A stretch of DNA of 64,000 nucleotides from contig DATKVB010000009.1 in assembly GCA_035530295.1 (NCBI GenBank), positions 13,587 through 77,586 on the forward strand, read 5' to 3'. Positions within the stretch are counted from its first letter, which is position 1. Every line of letters starts with the position of its first letter. Below, one piece after another: positions 54,622 through 62,600 of the stretch. A program made the translations under genes and the position numbers. The notes under the pieces were generated by a model. The model saw only the letters and a list, made by a program, of their open reading frames with translations. It was not told the origin of the DNA and ran no database searches. Origin of the DNA: a bacterium (GTDB lineage: Bacteria > Spirochaetota > Spirochaetia > Treponematales > UBA12059).

Positions 54622-55528
54622 ACGACAACGCATGCTCGCCGAGCTCGATGATCCGGAGCTGGCTTCATATTTCTACCTTGACAAGACCATGCCCGAGGTG
54701 TTGCGTTATCTCGATTCCCTGCAGCTGACGCTTGATCCGCTCGCAGACGACATGCCTTTCAACGCGGCCGTCAAGGGGTATGGTGGGGCCAAGGATATGC
54801 AGGGGCACCCATGGATTGTCAAACCTATAACCAACAAGCAGGACATTCTATACCACAGGCTATGCACGCTGGCGTACCTCCTGGACCATGCTACTGGCAC
54901 GCTCGCGGCGCCCACGGGCATCGCGAGCATCGACGGATCGGTGTACCGCATAACCAAGGTCGTGCGCAAATCAATACAGATCAGCTCGTACCCATACCTT
55001 GACCAGCCATACATCGGCATCATCAGGGCCGACCTGGTCAACCGCTGGCTGTACTTTGATGAAGACCGCAATCCCAACAACTATCTGGTTGTCCACAACC
55101 GCAAACAGCGCCCCTTTGTTGTCGCCATCGACTACGACAAGGCCGATCTGGCGTCTCCCGTAATGAAGATAACAGGCGACCAGCAGAAATTTGGGTGGTT
55201 CCGCAGTGAGAAGACCCGATTCCTGACCCTGCTCCGACCTACGCACTTCGATGGCATATCGATAGACGTGTTTGATGCCAGGCTCAAGGCCATATGCGGC
55301 ATCACCGAGGCCGAGTTGCGGAGTATCGTCCATCAGCTACTGGACGCCTATTCGGACGCGGCCTATGCCGATGCTATCGTGGCCAACCTGCTGGCCAGAC
55401 GTGCCTACATCGATGAGTATTTCAGGCGCATGTTCAAGTCAGCAGCCGAAACAACCGATTCCAGGCATGATGATGACTACGCCGCCTTCGGTGATAGCTT
55501 CAGAAACATGTATAAAGACAAGAATTGA
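54614..55528 (+). CDS. atypical kinase-like protein (PI3/4-kinase type II / HipA-like catalytic loop)
   Basis: 8-nt overlap with the phosphatase gene. Contains WIVKP (candidate Lys), FDEDRNPNNYLVV (DRxxxN-like catalytic loop) and VVAIDYDKAD (DFG-equivalent). The functional call is tentative. Confidence 0.5.
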   Translation: MDERQRMLAELDDPELASYFYLDKTMPEVLRYLDSLQLTLDPLADDMPFNAAVKGYGGAKDMQGHPWIVKPITNKQDILYHRLCTLAYLLDHATGTLAAPTGIASIDGSVYRITKVVRKSIQISSYPYLDQPYIGIIRADLVNRWLYFDEDRNPNNYLVVHNRKQRPFVVAIDYDKADLASPVMKITGDQQKFGWFRSEKTRFLTLLRPTHFDGISIDVFDARLKAICGITEAELRSIVHQLLDAYSDAAYADAIVANLLARRAYIDEYFRRMFKSAAETTDSRHDDDYAAFGDSFRNMYKDKN

Positions 55529-55558
55529 GCGCATTTTGATCGTAATACCAGCGATCAT

Positions 55559-55587
55559 TTGACAATTGGGATTTCGGGGATTAGAAT
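55559..55587 (+). promoter_or_regulatory. sigma-70-like promoter inside the paralog locus
   Basis: TTGACA, a 17-nt spacer, then TAGAAT. The -10 element is embedded in the hairpin GGGGAT-taga-ATCCCC. It lies 52 nt upstream of the ATG at 55639. Confidence 0.5.
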
Positions 55588-55638
55588 CCCCAGAGAATAT
55601 TGTAGAGAAATGATGCCTTTTTTCATTCGGAGGTCACG

Positions 55639-56337
55639 ATGGACAAACAGACTGAGAAGGTGATCGAGCGGACCTGGTCAAAAGAGACCATAATGCAGGT
55701 AGAACTCGGAATCCTCCAGAACATGCTCGGGTGTCGCACGGAAGAGGCTGTAGAGGCGGCGATCAGTTTTGCCCGTTTCCTCAGTATCTCTGGCTTGAGC
55801 AATGACAACTACCCGCTATTTCTCAAACTGCTCGAGGTTGAGAATCACTGGGTAATCGATACGATGGTAGCCGACAAGGATCCGTTCCTTCTCATCAGCC
55901 CCATCCAGTCGAACAGCTACTTGCTGTACACGGCATTCAAGTTGCTGACGAAGTGGCATCCGGGCGGAATCTACCCGGTAACGCTCTCTATCGTGCTTGG
56001 CATCCTGCAGGCCGCGTATGCGTCGCCAAAAGATGGCTACAAGATCTTCTCGGTATCGATCAATGACGTCAACAACCTTGGCAAGCACCTGAACAAGGAA
56101 AACGGGCAGGACGATCCAAACAATCGCTGCATCCTGGACATTCTCGACAGGCTGGGCTCTCTGGCTGGTACCTCTACCAACCCGGAGAAGGAGCAGATGT
56201 CACGGCAGGCCAACAGTATCCGTACCTTCTTCTTTGACAAGCGCAAGAAGATGGAAGATGTGATTCCGCAGGTTCTTCTCGTAAAGTCGGATTACATCGC
56301 CAAGGAAACCGCCCCCCGCCAGATTTTTGCTGACTAA
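55639..56337 (+). CDS. unknown-family protein, paralog 2 of 4
   Basis: 232 aa, RBS GGAGG. Shares NYPLFLKL, IYPVTL, DGYKI, DVNNLGKHL, NRCILDILDRL and IPQVLLV with the other paralogs. Confidence 0.75.
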   Translation: MDKQTEKVIERTWSKETIMQVELGILQNMLGCRTEEAVEAAISFARFLSISGLSNDNYPLFLKLLEVENHWVIDTMVADKDPFLLISPIQSNSYLLYTAFKLLTKWHPGGIYPVTLSIVLGILQAAYASPKDGYKIFSVSINDVNNLGKHLNKENGQDDPNNRCILDILDRLGSLAGTSTNPEKEQMSRQANSIRTFFFDKRKKMEDVIPQVLLVKSDYIAKETAPRQIFAD

Positions 56338-56358
56338 GGCCCATAAAGGAGCGTGGAT

Positions 56359-57069
56359 ATGAAAGAACTTTTCGAGAAGAAACAGGATTGGACCGACGAA
56401 GAAGTCGCGAATATAGAGTACAGCATGCTCAAGGGCATCATGGGCACACGCACGGAAGAAGCTGTCGAAGCCGCCATGACCTACGCGAGCTACCTCAACT
56501 TTACCGGAATAACCAACGGTAATTACCCGGTGTTCCTGAAGGCACTGATAACCAGGAACCACCATGTGATAGATGCTCTCCTGGGGACCAGGGATCCGTT
56601 CCTCTTCATGAGCTCCATCCAGCCCAATTACTTCATAGTCGCCTCGTGCTTCAGCATTCTGGCCAAGTACCGCAAGGGCGAGATCTATCCCAAGACACTC
56701 GGCATCATCCTTGGCGTCTTCCAGGCTACCTACAACTCGCCGCTTGATGGATACAAGATCTATCCGGCCACCGTCGCCGACGTGAACTGCCTTGGCAAGC
56801 ACCTCAATGAGGACAAGGGCCAGGATGATCTGCTCAACCGCTCCATCCTCGACATCCTTGACAAGATCTCTTCTCTCGAGGGGCAGAATGTGGACGAGGA
56901 CATGGAAGATCTGGCTGTGCATGCCCACAACATCCGCAACAATTTCTTCGACTCCACCAAACGGCTCGTTGACATCATCCCCGAAGTGTTGCTCCGCATA
57001 GAGCCGAACATGGACAAGGATGTTCAGCCGCGCAAGCGCGTTCCTCTCGAGGCTCCGGCCGCTAACTAA
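56359..57069 (+). CDS. unknown-family protein, paralog 3 of 4
   Basis: ATG at 56359 after AAAGGAG; the track start at 56353 is a GTG. Shares NYPVFLK, IYPKTL, DGYKI, DVNCLGKHL, NRSILDILDKI and IPEVLL. Confidence 0.75.
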   Translation: MKELFEKKQDWTDEEVANIEYSMLKGIMGTRTEEAVEAAMTYASYLNFTGITNGNYPVFLKALITRNHHVIDALLGTRDPFLFMSSIQPNYFIVASCFSILAKYRKGEIYPKTLGIILGVFQATYNSPLDGYKIYPATVADVNCLGKHLNEDKGQDDLLNRSILDILDKISSLEGQNVDEDMEDLAVHAHNIRNNFFDSTKRLVDIIPEVLLRIEPNMDKDVQPRKRVPLEAPAAN

Positions 57070-57141
57070 ATGGCAAAATGGCGGTAGCCGCTGGTCTCGT
57101 CGGAGACCACGGCACCGTCGGCCAGCAAGAGGAGGGATCGA

Positions 57142-57843
57142 ATGCTCGGAGAGGCGTGGCCCATGTGGTCCGAGGACGAGATAGACGCGCTGAAGCTCGG
57201 CTATCTGAATGATATTATCGAGTGCAATGACGGCTACGGCACCTTTGCCGCGTTGGCCTACGCACAGTACATGATCAGCAAGGTTGGCATTACCTCTGAT
57301 AATTACCCCATATACTTCCGTCTGATAGAGTCGGGAAACCGCTGGGTAGTCGATACCCTCGTCGGTGACCGCGATCCTTCAAAGTTCTTTGGCAGCATCC
57401 AGCCGAATACCTTCATGCTCAAGGAATGCTTCAGCATGCTGACCGCCTGGAAACCAGGTGAGGTGTATCCGAAGAGTCTGCAGATTCTGTACGGACTCCT
57501 GGTTCTGTGCTACGAGACGCCAGAGGAAGGCTATCGTCTGTACCCGCTTACCATTCCGGACGTAAACAATCTGGGCAAGCATCTGGACAAATCCAAGGAT
57601 CAGATGGATCCGCTCAATCGTATCGTATTGACGCTGCTCGACAGGCTGGCTGGGCTCATCGAGCCGCAGAAGCCGCTGCCGGCTCGGGAGATTCAGGATG
57701 TCGCGTTGCAGGCGAACAATATCCGGGGCAAGTTCCTTGATATGACCAAGCGCATGAATGAGGCTATCCCTGATATTATCCTGGTACGCGGCGATTACAC
57801 TGCCGCCGAGGTCAAACCAGCAATCCCTGAAATCAAGGTCTGA
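57142..57843 (+). CDS. unknown-family protein, paralog 4 of 4
   Basis: RBS GAGGAGGG. Shares NYPIYFRL, VYPKSL, EGYRL, DVNNLGKHL, NRIVLTLLDRL and IPDIILV. Confidence 0.75.
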   Translation: MLGEAWPMWSEDEIDALKLGYLNDIIECNDGYGTFAALAYAQYMISKVGITSDNYPIYFRLIESGNRWVVDTLVGDRDPSKFFGSIQPNTFMLKECFSMLTAWKPGEVYPKSLQILYGLLVLCYETPEEGYRLYPLTIPDVNNLGKHLDKSKDQMDPLNRIVLTLLDRLAGLIEPQKPLPAREIQDVALQANNIRGKFLDMTKRMNEAIPDIILVRGDYTAAEVKPAIPEIKV

Positions 57844-57943
57844 TGACTGATCCGGTGCGGTCCATACGGGCCGCACCGACGTGATCCGCACAACGATCGC
57901 GGCCATGCACTTGAAAAATCTGCCGACAACGGAGCGTTGAGGC

Positions 57944-59800
57944 TTGTCATCGGGCACAGTACTGCGCGAACGCGCCATCATCAATGATTGCTACATACTC
58001 CGTGAGCGCGTTGGCCATGATGCCTACTGCGAAATATGGCGTGCCAGCGCACTCTTCTCTGCCACGAACTTCCTGGTTCGATTCATCGACGCCAACATCC
58101 CCGTTGAATATTGCGAGGCCGAGCGGCGACTGATCATGGATGCCTATGACGTCCGCCACGCGGCGATTCTCGATGTAGTCGAGGTCGACCGCTTCGGGAC
58201 GCTGATGTTTATATCATCGGAATACAGCGCACTGGTAACGCTCGAGCAGGCCTTGTCGGGCGGCATAACCTTCTCACTCGATCACATCTGCGGCTTTGCG
58301 CTTGAGCTTTCCCAGGCGCTGGACATGTTCAACCGCCGTGGGCTTGTCTATGGCACCGTGAACATGCAGGCTATATTTGTATCATTGGAGCAGGGCATCG
58401 TGACCGAACTCAAGCTCCTGAAGCCGGGGTATCTCCCGCTGGTCGGTTCGGCGAGCAAGCTTGATCCTGATGCGATGCGCTGCAACTATGGCTTCATGGC
58501 GCCTGAATGCAAGGGCGGCGCATTGACAAGAGCCGATCAGCGGGCTGATGTATATTCTCTGGGCATCCTGCTCTACAGGCTTATAACAGGATCGATGCCA
58601 TTCCGCGGAACTCACGCCGGGCGTGCGCTGGACGCTCCTGTTTCGGTCCGGCACATATCCAATGCTTTGATACGCCGGGGCGTACCGCCGGCGCTGGCAA
58701 GGATCATCGTCACCTGTGTACGGACAAACCCGGCGTCGCGGTATCCAAACATGGTAGGGCTGATCCGGGAGCTGCGCATGTTCCTGGATGACAGGCGACT
58801 TGCTACGATAAAGCGAGGAGCCGCGGACCCACTCGCCGACCTGGAGAATTTGAACTCAACCAAATCGGCTGGTGGCGCGGAACAGGTGCTGCGCAAGCTT
58901 GATATGGCAGAATACTTTGGCGCGCTGTCCGAGGGCATAAGTATGGAGCCGGATTCCGACTCGGGGCAGCGATTTCCAACCGGAGTATCGCTCGGCGAGA
59001 CCAGGTCGGGTATGGCGGGCGAAGCCGAAGAAATCTCAGAGATGGGCGACACCGATATCGAGAGCATGAGCGCCCAGGACCATGTCGACGCAAGCCTGAG
59101 CCTTCTCGGGATATCGGTGTCCGCCCGCGCTACCGGAGCGACTGGCCGGCCGGTGGCCACCGGGAACGCCGCGCTCCTGTCCGCCACCCTGGATGCATCC
59201 GCTGCGGAGACAGGGCCAGGGCCAGTACCCGGGGCGGCCTCCGAAGGCATGGTATCGATGTCCTCTGCAACCGGCCACCGTGTACTGTGGAGCCATGTGC
59301 GCATTGACTCGGAGGAGCTTGCCGCTTCGCTCATTGAAGCGTGCGAATCAGCGCGGCACAAGCGTGGCGCGTTCCGCTATATACAGGAGCCAGCTGGAGA
59401 GCACGGCATGCGGTTGCTTTCTGACCTTGTGGAACGTATGCGGCAGTCGTACTTTGTGCTGGACATGTCGACGGGCAGCCATGGCCTCGATGAGTTTGTT
59501 CCGGCAATGCAAGCGGCTATTGCCATATCGCTGCGCGATGTCTCGCCGGGCATCAGGCGCAGGCTCAAGACTCGTTTCCCCGCGGTACTGCAGTCGATCG
59601 GAACATCGGCTGATCCTGGAGCCGCGGCGCTTGCGTGTGCCAGGATGGCAACGCGATCAAGACCATTGGTCCTGATGCTCCGCGTCGTCGCCCCGACGGA
59701 TGATGCCCTTGGAACATTCTTCGAGGCACTGGCCGCGATAGCCCACCATGAGCGGCTCTGCGTCTTTGCGTTTTTCTCCGGTGAGCCTCCGGTAGCCTGA
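57944..59800 (+). CDS. Hanks-type pseudokinase with long C-terminal region (possible degenerate P-loop NTPase module)
   Basis: The kinase fold is retained (YGFMAPE, DVYSLGILLYRLITGSMPF, NPASRYP). The VAIK Lys is replaced in LVRF, HRD-x4-N reads VYGTVNMQ and DFG reads KPG. TTG start; no in-frame ATG lies nearby. Confidence 0.65.
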   Translation: MSSGTVLRERAIINDCYILRERVGHDAYCEIWRASALFSATNFLVRFIDANIPVEYCEAERRLIMDAYDVRHAAILDVVEVDRFGTLMFISSEYSALVTLEQALSGGITFSLDHICGFALELSQALDMFNRRGLVYGTVNMQAIFVSLEQGIVTELKLLKPGYLPLVGSASKLDPDAMRCNYGFMAPECKGGALTRADQRADVYSLGILLYRLITGSMPFRGTHAGRALDAPVSVRHISNALIRRGVPPALARIIVTCVRTNPASRYPNMVGLIRELRMFLDDRRLATIKRGAADPLADLENLNSTKSAGGAEQVLRKLDMAEYFGALSEGISMEPDSDSGQRFPTGVSLGETRSGMAGEAEEISEMGDTDIESMSAQDHVDASLSLLGISVSARATGATGRPVATGNAALLSATLDASAAETGPGPVPGAASEGMVSMSSATGHRVLWSHVRIDSEELAASLIEACESARHKRGAFRYIQEPAGEHGMRLLSDLVERMRQSYFVLDMSTGSHGLDEFVPAMQAAIAISLRDVSPGIRRRLKTRFPAVLQSIGTSADPGAAALACARMATRSRPLVLMLRVVAPTDDALGTFFEALAAIAHHERLCVFAFFSGEPPVA

Positions 59801-59829
59801 TAGCCGCCCTGGCAGTCACCCACAAAGGT

Positions 59830-59858
59830 GCGGCGCTCCCCGTATGAAGGAGCGCCGC
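59830..59858. terminator. terminator-like hairpin between convergent genes
   Basis: GCGGCGCTCC-ccgtatgaa-GGAGCGCCGC is a perfect 10-bp stem. No U-tract follows on either strand. Confidence 0.4.
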
Positions 59859-59925
59859 GAATAAGGAGGTAAAACGTATCGCCTAAACTGACATCCAGGC
59901 ACCCTTGGATCGCCTGCCATCAAGT

Positions 59926-60972
59926 TTATCGCTTGTTGAGGTACTTCCTGATATCGATAGCTACCGCCGCAATGATGATCGCGCCTTTTACTATCTGTTG
60001 CCAGTACGGCGACATGTTGATGAAGGTTAATCCATAATTGATGACGCTGAAGATCAGGACGCCGACAAGCATGCCGGGCACGGTGCCGATGCCGCCCGAG
60101 GTGGAGACTCCGCCCACGACGCAGGCCGCGATCGCGTCGAGCTCGTATCCGTTGCCATAATTGTTGGTAGCACCGCCGGTCCTGGCGGCTTCAAGCGCTC
60201 CGGCCAAGCCGTAGAGCAAACCCGCTATCGTGTAGGCGATAAGAAGATTCCTGGTCACGTTGACGCCTGAAACCTTGGCGGCCTCGGGATTGCCGCCGAT
60301 CGCGTATATGTTCTTGCCAAAGGTTGTCTTGTTGTGCAGTACCCAGATTATGAATGCCACGCCAAGCGCGATGATCACAATGAATGGCACGGAGAGCCTG
60401 CCATCAAATCCCAGGTATCCAGAGCCAAGCGATGTAAAGCGCTTATCCAGACCGCCTATCGGCTGGGCTCCATAGGGGGGCCTGTCGAAATACAACGATG
60501 TAGCTCCATAGACGGCGACCATGGTGCCCAAGGTGGCAATGAATGGCGGGACCTTGAGCTTCGAGACTATCAGTCCATTGGCAAGGCCAATGATGCCGCA
60601 CACGACCATGGCGGCCAGGATTGGCACGATCAGTGGCAGCTGGCCAAGGTTTGGATACATCCTGCGGGGATAGTCGATGGCCTGCAGCAACGAGCCTGAT
60701 ATGACCGCGGCCAGTCCCACCATGCGGCCCGCAGAAAGATCGGTGCCGCCCGTTATCAGGATGCCGCCTACGCCCATGGCTATGATGATGCGCGTAGCGG
60801 ACATGGACAGGATGTTTCTGAAATTCTCTATCGACAGGAATGAAGGTTCCTTGATTGTTATGCCTATTATCAGGATGACAAAGACGAAATAGATCGCGTA
60901 CCGCAACGCGAAATCAGACACGGCACGTTGGCCTGGACGCTCTCCGAGCGCTGTTTTATCTTGCTTGGACAT
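59926..60972 (-). CDS. mglC: galactose/methyl-galactoside ABC transporter permease
   Basis: 348-aa multi-TM ORF of the MglC/RbsC permease family, positioned downstream of mglB-mglA. Confidence 0.8.
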   Translation of the reverse strand: MSKQDKTALGERPGQRAVSDFALRYAIYFVFVILIIGITIKEPSFLSIENFRNILSMSATRIIIAMGVGGILITGGTDLSAGRMVGLAAVISGSLLQAIDYPRRMYPNLGQLPLIVPILAAMVVCGIIGLANGLIVSKLKVPPFIATLGTMVAVYGATSLYFDRPPYGAQPIGGLDKRFTSLGSGYLGFDGRLSVPFIVIIALGVAFIIWVLHNKTTFGKNIYAIGGNPEAAKVSGVNVTRNLLIAYTIAGLLYGLAGALEAARTGGATNNYGNGYELDAIAACVVGGVSTSGGIGTVPGMLVGVLIFSVINYGLTFINMSPYWQQIVKGAIIIAAVAIDIRKYLNKR

Positions 60973-60983
60973 CGATGTCTCCC

Positions 60984-62501
60984 TTACTCAAAGAGCGCCG
61001 CGAGGCGCATGATTTCTTCCTGCGTTGTGGTCTTGCCGTCAAGGATGCCCGTTTTTCTGCCATCGCACATGACCATGATCCTGTCCGACATGCCGATCAG
61101 TTCGGGCATCTCCGAGGATATCATGATGATGCTTTTGCCGCTCGCGGCAAGGTCGGCGATGATTGTGTATATTTCATACTTTGCGCCAACATCAATACCA
61201 CGCGTTGGCTCATCGAGTATCAGGATCTCCGGTTCGGTAAGCAGCCATTTGGCAAAGAGCACCTTCTGCTGATTGCCTCCGGAGAGATCCTTTATCAACG
61301 TCCTGTAGCTGGGTGTCTTGATGCGCAACTCGTCAATTTTTCTTCTGGTATCTGCCACGCCAAGCTTCTCGTTGATCAGCCCGGTCTTGCCTACGTAGCG
61401 GGCGATGTTGGCCAGAAGCATGTTCTCCTTGACGCCAAGCATTGGAATGATGCCAGTCGCCCGGCGTTCCTCGGTGAGCAACGAGAAGCCTTCACCCATC
61501 GCGTGTACGGGTGATCGCATCTTGATGGTCTTGCCACGAAGCTCGATGTGTCCCTTCTCGATAGCCCTGAGACCGAAGATTGATTCCACCAATTCGGTGC
61601 GTTTGGCGCCGACCAGACCACCGATGCCGAGAATTTCTCCCTTGCGCAAATCAAACGATATGTCCCGGAACGAATGGCGCTCGGCCGAGGTCAGGCCTTC
61701 GACTCTCATAACCACGTCTCCCGGAACATTCGACCGCGGTGGGAAGCGGTGCGTCAGATCGCGTCCGACCATCCGCTTGATTATCACATCCGTGGTCAGC
61801 TCGCTGGACGGCCAGGTACCGACGTGCTTGCCATCGCGCATTATGGACACCTCGTCCGCTATCTCGAGTATCTCTTCCATCTTATGGGAAATATAGACTA
61901 TCGCGGCCCCTTCGGAACGGAGCCGGCGTATGATGCCAAACAGGTGGGCGACCTCATGCTCGGTCAGCGAGCTCGTCGGTTCGTCCATGATGATGACCTT
62001 GGCGCTGTAGGAGACCGCCTTGGCAATTTCTATCGATTGTATCTTGGACACGGAAAGGTTCTTGACCCAGATCGCGGGGTCAATGTCCATAGCCAGGTTC
62101 TTGAACAAGGTCTTGGTATCGGATCGCATCTTCCTGTGGTCCACCAGCTTGAAAGGACCAAAGCCTCTCAGCGGATATCTGCCGAGCCACAAATTCTCTT
62201 CAACGCTTCTGTTCGGGACCGACAAAAGCTCCTGATGTATCATGGAAACGCCACTGTCCAGAGCCTGTCGGGAATTCTGGAATCGTACCGGTGTGCCATC
62301 GAGCACTATCTCGCCCTGGTCGGGAGCGTAAATGCCAAAAATGCACTTCATCAAGGTCGACTTGCCGGCGCCATTCTCGCCCATCAGGGCGTGAACCGAG
62401 CCTGGGCGAACCTTGATTGAGACATCGTCCAGTGCCTTAACGCCCGGGAAGCTTTTTGATATGTTTTTTAATTCCAGGACATATTCAGCGCTCATGTGCA
62501 C
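60984..62501 (-). CDS. mglA: galactose/methyl-galactoside ABC transporter ATP-binding protein
   Basis: 505-aa duplicated ATPase with GENGAGKST, IIMDEPTS, LSGGNQQK and LILDEPTRGID. Confidence 0.85.
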   Translation of the reverse strand: MHMSAEYVLELKNISKSFPGVKALDDVSIKVRPGSVHALMGENGAGKSTLMKCIFGIYAPDQGEIVLDGTPVRFQNSRQALDSGVSMIHQELLSVPNRSVEENLWLGRYPLRGFGPFKLVDHRKMRSDTKTLFKNLAMDIDPAIWVKNLSVSKIQSIEIAKAVSYSAKVIIMDEPTSSLTEHEVAHLFGIIRRLRSEGAAIVYISHKMEEILEIADEVSIMRDGKHVGTWPSSELTTDVIIKRMVGRDLTHRFPPRSNVPGDVVMRVEGLTSAERHSFRDISFDLRKGEILGIGGLVGAKRTELVESIFGLRAIEKGHIELRGKTIKMRSPVHAMGEGFSLLTEERRATGIIPMLGVKENMLLANIARYVGKTGLINEKLGVADTRRKIDELRIKTPSYRTLIKDLSGGNQQKVLFAKWLLTEPEILILDEPTRGIDVGAKYEIYTIIADLAASGKSIIMISSEMPELIGMSDRIMVMCDGRKTGILDGKTTTQEEIMRLAALFE

Positions 62502-62537
62502 TCCAGGTAGATTGAGTCAGAAGCCTGCCCGGTAGCC

Positions 62538-62585
62538 CTGAACCCGGAGGACAGGAGCCTGGTGGCCCGCGTCCTCCGGGTTCAG
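62538..62585 (-). promoter_or_regulatory. intercistronic stem-loop between mglB and mglA
   Basis: Perfect 15-bp inverted repeat CTGAACCCGGAGGAC ... GTCCTCCGGGTTCAG with an 18-nt loop. Confidence 0.55.
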
Positions 62586-62600
62586 ATCCTTCTGTAAGGC

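Noticed and set aside
52992-54633. Two long minus-strand ORFs (297 aa and 404 aa) antisense to paralog 1 and the phosphatase
   Set aside because: The plus-strand genes have clear motif sets and ribosome-binding sites. The antisense products have no motifs and their composition mirrors the sense strand.
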